Part shown: positions 19,432 through 29,446 of the stretch, one piece after another
Position numbering within the stretch: position 1 is the stretch's first letter
Layout of the letters: the number at the start of each line of letters is the position of its first letter
Source: Bacteriovoracia bacterium
Lineage (GTDB): Bacteria; Bdellovibrionota; UBA1018; CAIPTA01
DNA: 64,000 nt
Direction of reading: 5' to 3'
Assembly: GCA_050246755.1 (NCBI GenBank)
Contig: JBFWVL010000001.1
Coordinates: 608,001-672,000, forward strand
Notes under the pieces: model-generated
Told to the model about the DNA's origin: nothing
Database searches by the model: none
Seen by the model: the letters and a program-made list of their open reading frames with translations, nothing else
Position numbers and translations under genes: made by a program

Positions 19432-20133
19432 CTATTTAAGGAAACTAAGCCGCTTGGTCTTTGGCCGAAGGATATACCCTTCTCCATACATGGAAAGGAT
19501 CTCGTGGTCGCAATCCGCAATGCGCTTTCTAACCGATACCAGGTGGGCGTCTACGGTGCGGGTTGAGATTTCCTCTCCCTTCCAGACTTCCTCGACAATC
19601 TCCTCGCGCTTCACGATGCGGTTCGCGTTCTCGATGAAAAACTTTAGGAGCCGAAACTCCAGGGAGCTGAACTTTACCTCTTTGCGGTCGATCTCCACGG
19701 ACATAGCCTTGTTCGAGAGCTGAAGATTGCCGCAGCGCACGAGTTCAGCGCCTTGGCTGGCCTTTTTCCGCAGCTTGGCCGCTACCCGGGCCTTAAGCTC
19801 CTCGATGCGGAACGGCTTTTCGATATAGTCGTCGGCGCCATACTCAAAGGCGCTCAGAATCGTGTCTAGCTCGGTGCGGGCGCTAAGGAACAATACCGGC
19901 ACATCGCGGGTACGTACCGAGGATTTGATCTTCTTACAGAGATCGATCCCGCTCATGCCGGGCATGGAAACGTCCAGCAGCACTAGGTCCGGTAGGGCCT
20001 TTTCCATCGCGCTCCATGCCTTAGTGCCCGTAGAGGCCGAGCTCACGGAATAGCGCAGGGAAAATTCTTCCACCAAAAACTCTACGATCTGCTCCTCATC
20101 GTCGACAACGAGGAGGGATAAATTCTCGCCCAT
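19432..20133 (-). CDS. OmpR/PhoB-family response regulator
   Basis: Receiver (VVDDE, LLDVSMP, KPF) plus winged helix (EFRLL, VW, RTVDAHL, YGEGY). Confidence 0.93.
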   Translation of the reverse strand: MGENLSLLVVDDEEQIVEFLVEEFSLRYSVSSASTGTKAWSAMEKALPDLVLLDVSMPGMSGIDLCKKIKSSVRTRDVPVLFLSARTELDTILSAFEYGADDYIEKPFRIEELKARVAAKLRKKASQGAELVRCGNLQLSNKAMSVEIDRKEVKFSSLEFRLLKFFIENANRIVKREEIVEEVWKGEEISTRTVDAHLVSVRKRIADCDHEILSMYGEGYILRPKTKRLSFLK

Positions 20134-20156
20134 ATGAAATATAGTTTATGATAGCT

Positions 20157-20172
20157 AAACAAAATAGCAACA
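20157..20172. promoter_or_regulatory. Possible reverse-orientation box (AAACA-aaatag-CAACA) upstream of the OmpR-family gene
   Basis: Same half-sites and 11-bp period, but the spacer does not match the other boxes. Confidence 0.35.
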
Positions 20173-20406
20173 TTCACCCATTCTTTTTCCATTTTTATTT
20201 TCCAGGCAAGGCCATTTTCTCGTCGAGAGTCTCTTTTTTCCGATTTTCTCCCGCCATCCGCGGCATTTCACCCCGTATATTTTTATTTTTGTCAATACTC
20301 CGGGAAAACGGCCCTTCGCCAGCCTAACGTCAACAGGTAGGTTTGAGATTTTCCTGTGCCCCAGCCTTCGGTAGGGGCAAATTGCGCGACAAGCCCCGGG
20401 CGCATT

Positions 20407-20422
20407 TGTTACGATATTGTTG
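20407..20422. promoter_or_regulatory. Putative box TGTTA-cgatat-TGTTG between the OmpR-family gene and the glycosyltransferase operon
   Basis: 15/16 identical to 19394-19409. Confidence 0.6.
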
Positions 20423-20466
20423 AGGTGAAGAAGATGCCTGATCGTATGAAAAATGGCCGCCCTCTC

Positions 20467-21759
20467 ATGGACGAGAGACGGACCAAGCAGAAGCGTATTC
20501 GCGTGGCCCACCTGTGGTGGGACTATGTTCCCGAAAGCTTCGTCGAGCCCCACTCCTACTTTCGCTTCGACCCCCAATTCTCCTCCCGCAATCTGGTTTG
20601 CCAGCTCTGGGAGAACGGAAAGAAGGCCGATGCGGCTACCTCGTTTCTTTACCGCGCAGCCGCCCAAAAGCTCGTGAATCCGGGCGTGGTATTCCGTATA
20701 TTCATGCGCCTAAGCCGGCCGTGGCGCTGGACGCGCTTCCGGAGATTCGTGCGGCGCAGCTTCCAGGCCAATTCTCCCGCCCTAGTCCATTCGCATTTCG
20801 GTACCACCGCCTGCGAGATGACTCATTTAGAAAAACCCCAAGTGGTCACCTTCTATGGTTACGACGGCAGCGCCGCCCTTTTCCAGCCCGCCACGGTGAA
20901 AAAATACCAAGAGATGTTTCCCCGCATAAATAAAATCATCGTGCTCTGCGAAGCGGTGAAACAGCGCTTAGTGGAGCTCGGTTGTGAGCGCAATAAAATC
21001 GCGGTCTGGAACATGCCGGCCGGGGTTGAGCGCTATCCTTATTTCAAGCGTAAGCCCGGCTCCATTTTTCGAATCGTGATGGCCGCTCGCTTTGCCGAAG
21101 CAAAAGGACATGAATACCTACTCGAAGCCGTGCACCGGCTCGTGCAGGACGGACGCTCCCTCCACCTCACGCTACTCGGTTATGGCAACCGAGCAGCGCA
21201 AATCAAAAACCGAATTGACGAGCTAGGCCTTAGCTCTCACGTGACCCTCACCGACAATCACCTAACCGGAGATTTTCACGCCGCCTATCGCTCCGTGCTT
21301 GAACAGAGCGACCTCTTCGTTCTTCCTTCGATTCGCGATAGCCGCGGCACCGATGAAGCTGGGCCGGCTCTCACCATGGTTTGCGCGCAGGCCTCCGGCA
21401 TCCCCGTGGTGTGCACTCCTTTTCCGGGCGCAGAAATTTCATTGATCCCCGGGGAAACCGGTCTTTTTTGCGCCGAGAAAGATCCCACCTCTTTGGCCGA
21501 TTGCATCGATTTCTTCCTCCAGAACCCCGAGCAGCGGGAAACCATGGGCCGACGGGCAAGCGAGCTCGCGAACCGGGAATTTTCCGAATGGACGCAGATG
21601 GATGAGCTGACACGCATCTACGAAGAAGTGCTGGGAATTTTTTCACCCCTGCCCAGTACCGGCACTTCCACCCTGGCGCAAAGCCCCGAAGGAAAAGAAC
21701 CTCAACTGCAGCGCCCGCCAACGCCCTTACCGCCGCAAAGGCAACCGGAGTTTTTTTAA
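20467..21759 (+). CDS. Glycosyltransferase family 4 (WcaL-like)
   Basis: VHSHFG, TFYGYD, ARFAEAKG and DLFVLPS. The start is uncertain (ATGs at 20434 and 20467; ORF from 20356). Confidence 0.88.
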   Translation: MDERRTKQKRIRVAHLWWDYVPESFVEPHSYFRFDPQFSSRNLVCQLWENGKKADAATSFLYRAAAQKLVNPGVVFRIFMRLSRPWRWTRFRRFVRRSFQANSPALVHSHFGTTACEMTHLEKPQVVTFYGYDGSAALFQPATVKKYQEMFPRINKIIVLCEAVKQRLVELGCERNKIAVWNMPAGVERYPYFKRKPGSIFRIVMAARFAEAKGHEYLLEAVHRLVQDGRSLHLTLLGYGNRAAQIKNRIDELGLSSHVTLTDNHLTGDFHAAYRSVLEQSDLFVLPSIRDSRGTDEAGPALTMVCAQASGIPVVCTPFPGAEISLIPGETGLFCAEKDPTSLADCIDFFLQNPEQRETMGRRASELANREFSEWTQMDELTRIYEEVLGIFSPLPSTGTSTLAQSPEGKEPQLQRPPTPLPPQRQPEFF

Positions 21760-22701
21760 ATGCAGGCCCTAATCCAGCAGCATCGGAAGCAATTTCCTTG
21801 CGACAGCATCGCTGGATTCACGCTGATCGACTGGCATTGCCCCACGTGCGGCCCCACCAGCCAAGAAAAAGTTTTAGGGTATCGATCCACGGGTCAGGAG
21901 CGTAATGTGCTTACCACTCGCTTGGTGCAATGCACGAACTGCACGCTGATCTACGCGAATCCCTTTCCCGTGGCTAATTATCCGGCCGGTCTCTATGAAA
22001 ATCCGGAAAGTTACTTTGCCGGGCACGAGTCGGCGCAGAAGATCACGGCTAACCGCGAGATCCTGAAAAAAATGAAGACACTCATCGGCGCTACCCCCCG
22101 CGTGCTCGACGTGGGCAGCGGTTGCGGCGAGCTCTTAGTGGCCGCATTGCAGGAAAATATCGAAGCGGTGGGAATCGAGATTTCTGATGGCATGGTAACC
22201 GCGGCCGCCGCGCGCCACTCCGTGTCCGTGTTCAAACAAACGGTGGAAGAAAGCGCCGAAGCCTGGCCAAGCGCCTTCAATGGTATCGTCCTCAACGCCG
22301 TGCTCGAGCATGCCTACGATCCGGACCGAATGATCGCGTCCGCCAAAAAACTGCTTCTCCCCGGCGGCATACTGTATATCGACGTGCCCAATGAGCCCAA
22401 TATTCTAACTAGGGCGGCGCACGTGGTGAACCGCCTCGTGGGCGGCAACAAAACGTTTTGCCTCTCTCCCACCTGGGAGCCTTACCATGTCTACGGATTC
22501 AACCCTCGCGCCCTGGAAGCTTTGCTCACCAAGCACGGCTTTCGCGTAGAGGAACTCAGCGTGTTCGCCAGCTGCGGAATGGCGGCCCAATCCGGCTTAA
22601 AACGTAAAGCCCAGGCATGGCTGGCCAACCACCTTAATACGATTGGAAATCTCACGGGCACCTCGGGAAATTTATCCCTCTGGGCGCGTTTGGAAAAATA
22701 A
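21760..22701 (+). CDS. Class I SAM methyltransferase with N-terminal Zn ribbon
   Basis: CPTC...CTNC, VLDVGSGCG, VLEH and VPN. Confidence 0.9.
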   Translation: MQALIQQHRKQFPCDSIAGFTLIDWHCPTCGPTSQEKVLGYRSTGQERNVLTTRLVQCTNCTLIYANPFPVANYPAGLYENPESYFAGHESAQKITANREILKKMKTLIGATPRVLDVGSGCGELLVAALQENIEAVGIEISDGMVTAAAARHSVSVFKQTVEESAEAWPSAFNGIVLNAVLEHAYDPDRMIASAKKLLLPGGILYIDVPNEPNILTRAAHVVNRLVGGNKTFCLSPTWEPYHVYGFNPRALEALLTKHGFRVEELSVFASCGMAAQSGLKRKAQAWLANHLNTIGNLTGTSGNLSLWARLEK

Positions 22702-22712
22702 AGGAGGGCAAC

Positions 22713-23708
22713 TTGGCAAATATCAGTTCCTTCCACGGAAAAAAAATCCTGATCACGGGTGGACTCGGCTTTGTGGGCAGTAATCTCGCCCTCGCCCTAG
22801 TGCGCGCGGGCGCCGAGGTAACGATCATCGATAACCTTTCTCCCGGCTGCGGCGGGAATATCTTCAACGTGCATCCGGTCCGCCGCTCGCTGAAAATCCA
22901 CCAAATAGATCTTTGCGACCAGGAAAAACTGCTAGCTTCGGGAATTTTCAATCGCAATTTAGATTTTGTGTTCAGCCTGGCCGCCCGGGTGAGCCACATC
23001 GACAGCATGCAATTCCCTCTGGAAGACCTTCGCACGAATGCCACCGCCGAGCTTACCCTGCTCGAGTGCCTGCGTCATCACTCACCGCAAGCCCGAGTCG
23101 TGCACACCGGCACGCGCCAAGTATTCGGGCGCCCCGCGTATTTTCCGGTGAATGAGAATCACCCGATCCAGCCGGTAGACATCAACGGCATTCACAAATA
23201 CTGCGCCGAGCAATATCATCGCACCTACCACGAAGCCTTCGGCCTTCGCACCACCGTGTTGCGCCTGACGAATACCTACGGGCCTCGACAGCTAATCCGG
23301 CCTTCTACGCAAGGAGTAGCGGGTAATTTCATCGGGCGCGCTTTACGCCGGGAGGAGATCGAGCTCTTCGGGGATGGCGAACAAACCCGTGACTTCAACT
23401 TCGTGTCTGACGTGGTGGAAGCCCTCCTCCTCGCGGTTACGACCGACGCATGCTCCGGTGGTACGTATAATCTCGCTGGCTTCAATCATTCGGTGGCCAG
23501 CTTCCTCCGGCTCCTCGCCCAGGAAGTGCCGATCTCGGTACGCAGCATAGAATTTCCTGCCGATCATAAAAAAATCGAGATCGGGAACTTCGCCGCCTCG
23601 GCCGAAAAATTCGCGCAAGCCACGGGATGGAAACCCGCCGTGGACCTCAGCCAAGGCATTGGTGAAACTCTTCGTTTTTTCCGGGACAATGCCGCATGTT
23701 ACCTGTGA
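22713..23708 (+). CDS. NAD-dependent epimerase/dehydratase
   Basis: ITGGLGFVG, NGIHK in place of YxxxK, NTYGPR and RDFNFV; GGAGG RBS before TTG. Confidence 0.92.
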   Translation: MANISSFHGKKILITGGLGFVGSNLALALVRAGAEVTIIDNLSPGCGGNIFNVHPVRRSLKIHQIDLCDQEKLLASGIFNRNLDFVFSLAARVSHIDSMQFPLEDLRTNATAELTLLECLRHHSPQARVVHTGTRQVFGRPAYFPVNENHPIQPVDINGIHKYCAEQYHRTYHEAFGLRTTVLRLTNTYGPRQLIRPSTQGVAGNFIGRALRREEIELFGDGEQTRDFNFVSDVVEALLLAVTTDACSGGTYNLAGFNHSVASFLRLLAQEVPISVRSIEFPADHKKIEIGNFAASAEKFAQATGWKPAVDLSQGIGETLRFFRDNAACYL

Positions 23709-24823
23709 AAGTTCCCTTCCTTGATTTGAAGCGGGACACTCTGGCCGAGCAAACGGATATACGTGAAATTCTTGCCGCGGTGGCGGCGAGCGGGCAATAT
23801 CTCTTTGGCCCGAGACTGGCGCAATTCGAATCCGATCTTGCCGAGCATCTCTCCCTAAGCCGAGAGCTCGTAAAAGTTTGCCACTCCGGCACCGATGCCC
23901 TGACTCTCGCCCTGCTCGCGGCCGGGGTGGGCACGGGGCACGAAGTGATTACGCCGGCCAATACCGCCGTGGCCACCGCGGCCGCCATCGTAGCCACCGG
24001 CGCCCGGCCGATTTTCTGCGATGTAAATCCTGCAAGCGGGCTTCTAAATATCGAAGACTGCCTAACCCGCATCACGAGAAAAACCCGCGCCATTATTCCG
24101 GTTCACCTTTATGGAAATGCTTTTGACCTGGAAGAGCTGCGTGACGCCCTCAACCGGGGCGGGCACGCTGATATCTGCCTGATCGAGGACGCGGCTCAAG
24201 CTCAAGGGGCCACGTTCAAGGGAAAAATGGTGGGTACCATGGGAGACTACGGGGCCTTTAGCTTTTTCCCCACCAAGAATCTCGGCGCCATGGGCGATGG
24301 GGGCGCGGTGGCTTGCAAGCGCGAAGAAAGCGCGCGCCGAATTGGCGCGTTACGGTTCTACGGGCAAACCGAGCGAAATCTGGCTTCCATTCCGTACGGG
24401 ATCAATAGCCGAATGGACGAATTTCAAGCCGCCATTCTCTCGTACCGCCTCGGCAGATTTCACCTCGCACAGAAAAAAAAGATAGCGTTGATGGAAATCT
24501 ACCGGGAAGGCCTGCGCTCGCTTCCCCTCCGGCTCCCGGCCGTCTCCCCGTATTGTGTTCCAGCATGGCACCTTTGCGTGGCCATTACCGATAGAGAGGA
24601 AGACCGGGATCCTCTCCGTAAATTCCTTGCGGAAAAGGGGGTGGAAACTTTGGTCCACTACCCCACTCCCCTGCACCAGCATCCAGCTTTTCTAACCGAC
24701 GTATCCTTGCCGGGAGCGGAGAAATTGGCCAAACAAGTGCTTTCCCTGCCCTTCAGCGGATTTCATTCGCTCAAAGAAATCGAGACGGTGATCGAGGCGG
24801 TGCGGGGTTATTTTAGGTCTTGA
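23696..24823 (+). CDS. DegT/DnrJ/EryC1/StrS PLP-dependent sugar aminotransferase
   Basis: SGTDAL, PVHLYG, EDAAQA and FSFFPTKNLGAMGDGG. Confidence 0.95.
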   Translation: MLPVKVPFLDLKRDTLAEQTDIREILAAVAASGQYLFGPRLAQFESDLAEHLSLSRELVKVCHSGTDALTLALLAAGVGTGHEVITPANTAVATAAAIVATGARPIFCDVNPASGLLNIEDCLTRITRKTRAIIPVHLYGNAFDLEELRDALNRGGHADICLIEDAAQAQGATFKGKMVGTMGDYGAFSFFPTKNLGAMGDGGAVACKREESARRIGALRFYGQTERNLASIPYGINSRMDEFQAAILSYRLGRFHLAQKKKIALMEIYREGLRSLPLRLPAVSPYCVPAWHLCVAITDREEDRDPLRKFLAEKGVETLVHYPTPLHQHPAFLTDVSLPGAEKLAKQVLSLPFSGFHSLKEIETVIEAVRGYFRS

Positions 24824-26832
24824 ACTTCTCGTGCCGGGAGCGAGACCTTACTCTTCACCAGTGGAACGGCGCTTCCCGCCTCTTCTTGCCGGCGCAGCCA
24901 CGACTGAAACATGAGAATATTCCACAACAGGTACTGCGTGCGCTCTTTTCCCGCAACGTAGCGCTCCCAGGTGCGCCTCACCTCGGCGACATTAAAGTAA
25001 CCTTGCCGCTTCATTTCAGCCGGATCCAGCAAATCTTCGGCCCACGGTCGCAAAGGACCCCTTAGCCATTCGTTGATCGGCACGGCAAAACCAGATTTCG
25101 GGCGGTCGAGCAGCTCCCGCGGCATATGATGTTCGGCCAACGCGCGAAGCATCCATTTGCCTTTGCCCTTGCGAACCCTCTGCTCGGGTGGAAGCGTCCA
25201 GGCAAACTCCACTAGGCGATGGTCCAGAAACGGCGCGCGCACCTCGAGGCCGACCGCCATGCTCGCGCGGTCTACTTTGGCGAGGATATCATCGGGGAGA
25301 TAAAAAATTGAATCGAGGTATTGCATCACGTAAAGGGGAACCTCGCCGAGCGTGGGTACGCCGGTGAGGAAGTCGGCCGGGATTTCTGGCGCTAGGAGAA
25401 AGCGCTGGGGATTCTCTTCAAGCGTCAGCAAGCCCAGATACATCTCACGGTAGTCGGCGGCGGCCAGGCAAACCACTAGCTTATCGAGCTTATCGATGAA
25501 GTGTCCCTGCAGGCCAAATCTGCCGCCCAGAACGCCGAGAGTCCTTGCTAGCAGCTGTTTAACGGAAAGGGGACAACTGGCCCAGCCGGCGGCGAGTTTG
25601 CGCCGGATCGGCAGCGGTAGATCTTTGATCTTGGCCCAAAAAGTAGAACCGATGAAGTGCCGGTTATAGCCAGCAAATACTTCGTCGCCCCCGTCACCAG
25701 AAAGACAAACCGTTACCTGCTTGCGTGCCCACTCCGAAACTAAAAAAGTAGGAATCTGCGAGGAGTCCCCGAACGGTTCGTCATAAATCACAGGGAGCCG
25801 TTCCGCTACTCGCAGCGCCTCCGCCGGTCCCACGTAGAGCTCATGATGCTCGGTGCCCAGCTTCTCGGCCACCGCGCGCGCGAAGGGAGCTTCATCGAAA
25901 GCCGCCTGCTCGAATCCAATCGTGAACGTTTTTAATTTTTTCCCCTGGTCCGCCATTTCCAGTGCGGCCAAGGCGGTGACCAAGGAGGAATCGATTCCCC
26001 CGGAAAGGAAGGTACCTACCTCCACATCCGCCGAGCATTGCTCGGAGACTACGGTGCTAAGAATCCCTTCCAGTTCGGCGAGCGCACGGGCATCGCCGGC
26101 GGAATGCTGCGCCAGCGCGACGCCTTTTTCCGCCACTTCCGCCAGCCGCCAATAGGGAACGATGCGCTCACTTCCGCGCGCGGCAAGGGGCGTGAGCGAG
26201 AGTAAATGCCCCGGCTGAAGCTTATAGATATTCTCGTAGATCGACTGAGGTCCCGGTATGCAGCCATAACGGAGAAAATTTCCCAGCACCGCGCTTTGTA
26301 CCGGATTGCGGAACCCGGGAAAAGCCGTCAGAGACTTTAGCTCCGAGCCGAATAGGAAGGTATCCTCGCTCCACCCATAAAAAAGCGGCTTTTCACCAAG
26401 ACGATCGCGCGCCAGCCAAAGGCGCTGCTGATCGGAATCCACAAAAGCGATCGCGAACATTCCCGCCATGCGCAAAACGGCTTCTTTAAAACCCCATTGC
26501 TGAATCGCCTTAAATACCACTTCCGTATCGCCGCTGCCGCGAAACGAATGACCGTGCGCACCTAACTGTTTGGCCAAAGAACGGTAGTTATAAATTTCTC
26601 CGTTGAATACCAGCACCTGGCGGCCATCGGCCGAGCGAAAGGGTTGCGCGCCCATGGGCGACAAATCTAAAATCGAAAGCCGGCGATGGCCAAGGGCGAG
26701 TCCGTTTTCTCCCACCCAAATGCCGGCGGCATCGGGGCCTCGGTGGGTGAGAGAAGCGGTCATGCCCTCTATGGCCGCGGTTCTCGTTTCGAGGGAAAGA
26801 CCCGGGGCGATAAATCCGGTGATCCCACACAT
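24808..26832 (-). CDS. asnB: Asparagine synthase (glutamine-hydrolyzing)-type amidotransferase of a polysaccharide locus
   Basis: MCGI, HRGPD, HRRLSILD, NGEIYN, LSGGIDSS, SGDGGDE and KVDRASM. Confidence 0.95.
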   Translation of the reverse strand: MCGITGFIAPGLSLETRTAAIEGMTASLTHRGPDAAGIWVGENGLALGHRRLSILDLSPMGAQPFRSADGRQVLVFNGEIYNYRSLAKQLGAHGHSFRGSGDTEVVFKAIQQWGFKEAVLRMAGMFAIAFVDSDQQRLWLARDRLGEKPLFYGWSEDTFLFGSELKSLTAFPGFRNPVQSAVLGNFLRYGCIPGPQSIYENIYKLQPGHLLSLTPLAARGSERIVPYWRLAEVAEKGVALAQHSAGDARALAELEGILSTVVSEQCSADVEVGTFLSGGIDSSLVTALAALEMADQGKKLKTFTIGFEQAAFDEAPFARAVAEKLGTEHHELYVGPAEALRVAERLPVIYDEPFGDSSQIPTFLVSEWARKQVTVCLSGDGGDEVFAGYNRHFIGSTFWAKIKDLPLPIRRKLAAGWASCPLSVKQLLARTLGVLGGRFGLQGHFIDKLDKLVVCLAAADYREMYLGLLTLEENPQRFLLAPEIPADFLTGVPTLGEVPLYVMQYLDSIFYLPDDILAKVDRASMAVGLEVRAPFLDHRLVEFAWTLPPEQRVRKGKGKWMLRALAEHHMPRELLDRPKSGFAVPINEWLRGPLRPWAEDLLDPAEMKRQGYFNVAEVRRTWERYVAGKERTQYLLWNILMFQSWLRRQEEAGSAVPLVKSKVSLPAREVQDLK

Positions 26833-26834
26833 GG

Positions 26835-27731
26835 CTAATGCGCTCCTCGCGCCGCTTTCCGGCGCTGGAGAATACGATTACCGATCGAAAGAACATATTT
26901 TAGCTCGCGGGGAGACCACCACAAACCAAGCAAAAGGTGGCGCAGGCTCGCGGAAAAATCACGCGACTGAAAAAAAGCGCCGCTGAGGGAAACGTGCGCG
27001 CGGCCTAAACACGCGGCACGGAGGGCAAGCAGTTCTGAAGCATCAGGATCACTGAACATTTTTTCGAGCGCGCGCAAGTAATCACGAGCGAACGCATCGG
27101 AGCGGCGGGAGGCGCTATTGGGATGCTGCCGATAGAACACCAGCGGCTCCGCCACGGCTTCCACCTCGAAATATTGGCAAATGCGGCGATAAAAATCGAA
27201 ACCAGCGGAAATCGAAAGTTTTTCATCGAATCCCCCCACTTGCTCCAGCACCGCGCGACGAATCAGCACACTACTTTCGCCCGCCGGAATCACGGCCGCC
27301 GATCCCTCCGCGAAGAGCGGGAGCACCCGGCCACGGTTTTTCGCCTTCACCTGCCGCATGGGGCGCAGATCCTGGTCGCAGAGATAGTATCCCGTATAGA
27401 CTAGCCCCACCGAAGGGCGATCGAAACGCGCGAGCTGTTCTTCCAGCTTAGTGGGTGACCAGCAGTCGTCGGCGTCACAGAACGCCACCCAGTCGCCGCG
27501 GCTCTCCGAGATCCCGCGGTTTCTTGCGCCGGCCTGGCCCCGGTTCTCTTGCGGAATAACGCGGATGCGATCGCCGAAGCGGCGAAGCCGCTGCAAAGAA
27601 TCATCGGTGGATCCATTGTCGACGACGATAACCTCGATATTTTGGTGCGTTTGGCTGAGTACGCTATCCACTGCCGCGCAAACGTAGCGGCCATAATTAT
27701 AATTGGGAATCACCACCGAAACGAGGCTCAT
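26835..27731 (-). CDS. Glycosyltransferase family 2
   Basis: VSVVIPNYN, VDNGSTD, ARNRG and DADD. Confidence 0.95.
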   Translation of the reverse strand: MSLVSVVIPNYNYGRYVCAAVDSVLSQTHQNIEVIVVDNGSTDDSLQRLRRFGDRIRVIPQENRGQAGARNRGISESRGDWVAFCDADDCWSPTKLEEQLARFDRPSVGLVYTGYYLCDQDLRPMRQVKAKNRGRVLPLFAEGSAAVIPAGESSVLIRRAVLEQVGGFDEKLSISAGFDFYRRICQYFEVEAVAEPLVFYRQHPNSASRRSDAFARDYLRALEKMFSDPDASELLALRAACLGRAHVSLSGAFFQSRDFSASLRHLLLGLWWSPRELKYVLSIGNRILQRRKAARGAH

Positions 27732-28405
27732 ACCGCCGACTCGCTAAAGTGCCGGAGCTGCTCGAAAGTATCGATGGATATCCATTTATCGGGGTACACG
27801 TCCGACACATGCAGCATCCCCTGAGAAATAAGCTGGGCCCAAACGGAATAGAAATCGTCGCAAGCCTCCGTAAGCTCCGCGATCCGGCGCGGATTCAAGA
27901 TCTGCACGCCAGAACAGTAAATATCCGAGCGCAACTGACGATCGAGGCGGGTCACCTGCGAGCCGTTCCGAAAAATAAAGTCGCCTTCGAGGCCGGTCAC
28001 GGGGCGCACCGGCACGAGCATGCATGGCGGAGCCCCGAGGGAAAAATAGTTTTTTTCGAGCAGATCGAAATCGAGGCTCACCACGTTGTCGCAGGTGAGA
28101 ACGTAGATCGGCTCGTCGAGATTCGCCAGCAAGGTATGGTAGATCCACCAGGCATTGCCTTGCCCCTCGGTATTGAGCACCGTAGCCGCGCCGAGCTCGA
28201 TCACGTGCTGGGCCAGCATTGCTTTCTTGTAACCGACGGTGATGTGCACGCGCGGTACCTGATCAAGCAAGCCGCCGATGCCGCGCGCGATCAGGGTTGA
28301 CCCCTGGAACTGCACCATAGGTTTCGGCACGGTATCGGTAAGCGGCGCGAGACGCATGCCCCGCCCCGCCGCCATGATCAGCGCGTTGCGAATTTTCCTG
28401 CTCAC
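27728..28405 (-). CDS. Sugar-phosphate nucleotidyltransferase family protein
   Basis: MAAGRGMRLAPLTDTVPKPM signature. Confidence 0.9.
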   Translation of the reverse strand: MSRKIRNALIMAAGRGMRLAPLTDTVPKPMVQFQGSTLIARGIGGLLDQVPRVHITVGYKKAMLAQHVIELGAATVLNTEGQGNAWWIYHTLLANLDEPIYVLTCDNVVSLDFDLLEKNYFSLGAPPCMLVPVRPVTGLEGDFIFRNGSQVTRLDRQLRSDIYCSGVQILNPRRIAELTEACDDFYSVWAQLISQGMLHVSDVYPDKWISIDTFEQLRHFSESAV

Positions 28406-29355
28406 AGAGCCTCGGGCGGAATCGCGCGCAGAAGCGCGGAAATCTCATTCTCGGTCAAACGCAAGGCTGAGTCGGAGGAGACTACGGCCGCGGGAGGATT
28501 CTTCGCCTTGTCGTTGAACGAAATGCTGTAGTGAACTACGCCGCCGAGCTCGAACTGTTCGGTATACTCGAGCTCCTGCTCGCCGATCAGGCATTCATAC
28601 GTTCGGTCCCCGGGGCGGCCTTCCATCTTTTCCCAGCGCCCCCCTTTTTCGTTCACCCAGTTATTCAGAATACTCTCCACTTTGGCCGCTTTCATCTCAC
28701 GGGAAAGCACGCGGCCACGAAAACGCTGGGCATTATCGAGCGCGGTGACCACGAGCTGCACCGCCTCTTCGATGGTAAAAAAGAATCTCGTCATTTCCGG
28801 GCCGGTGGAACGAAGCACGCCGTTTTCTTCGTGCATTTTTTTCCAGATCGGCAGCACGGAGCCCGTGCTCCAGGCCACGTTGCCGTAGCGCACACAGAGA
28901 AAGCGCGTGGCGCCCTTGCTGTCGAGCGCGCAGAACATTCGCTCCATGGTGGCCTTCGACATGCCATAAATATTGCGGATCGGGGGCGCAGCCTTATCCG
29001 TGGAGATCCCGATCACCGTTTCGATCCCATAGTCCATCGCGGCGCGGGCCACGTTCTGGGAGCCGAGCACGTTGATATCGACGCACTCCATGGGTTGCTT
29101 CTCGGATAAATCAACAAATTTTGTTGCAGCGGCGTGGATCACGGCCTGCGGGCGCGCCTCACGAAATGCATCTCGCACCGATTCGATGTTCGCCACGTCC
29201 ATCGGGATGCAGCGGGCCCCGGTGGCTTTTTCGGCTAACTGTCCTAGTTTATTGTTGCGGCCACAAATGGTTACTTCCCAGTTCGGCGCCAGCACTTTGG
29301 CCAGCCGCTGCCCCAGAAACCCCGTGCCACCGGTAATCAGAATCCTTCTTTTCAT
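28402..29355 (-). CDS. Polysaccharide biosynthesis dehydratase (CapD/PseB/FnlA-like)
   Basis: ITGGTG, HAAATK, ISTDKA, YGMSK, RYGNV and MTRFF. Confidence 0.92.
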   Translation of the reverse strand: MKRRILITGGTGFLGQRLAKVLAPNWEVTICGRNNKLGQLAEKATGARCIPMDVANIESVRDAFREARPQAVIHAAATKFVDLSEKQPMECVDINVLGSQNVARAAMDYGIETVIGISTDKAAPPIRNIYGMSKATMERMFCALDSKGATRFLCVRYGNVAWSTGSVLPIWKKMHEENGVLRSTGPEMTRFFFTIEEAVQLVVTALDNAQRFRGRVLSREMKAAKVESILNNWVNEKGGRWEKMEGRPGDRTYECLIGEQELEYTEQFELGGVVHYSISFNDKAKNPPAAVVSSDSALRLTENEISALLRAIPPEAL

Positions 29356-29381
29356 CTTCACTCTCAATCCTTGGGAGGAAA

Positions 29382-29397
29382 TGTTGCGCTATTGTTA
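29382..29397. promoter_or_regulatory. Putative box TGTTG-cgctat-TGTTA upstream of the dehydratase-asnB operon
   Basis: Same half-sites, period and spacer pattern (nGmwAT) as the boxes at 19394 and 20407. Confidence 0.55.
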
Positions 29398-29446
29398 TAA
29401 AGGATAAGGCTTCGCGCCTAGACGGGTCAAACAAATTTGCGCTCGT

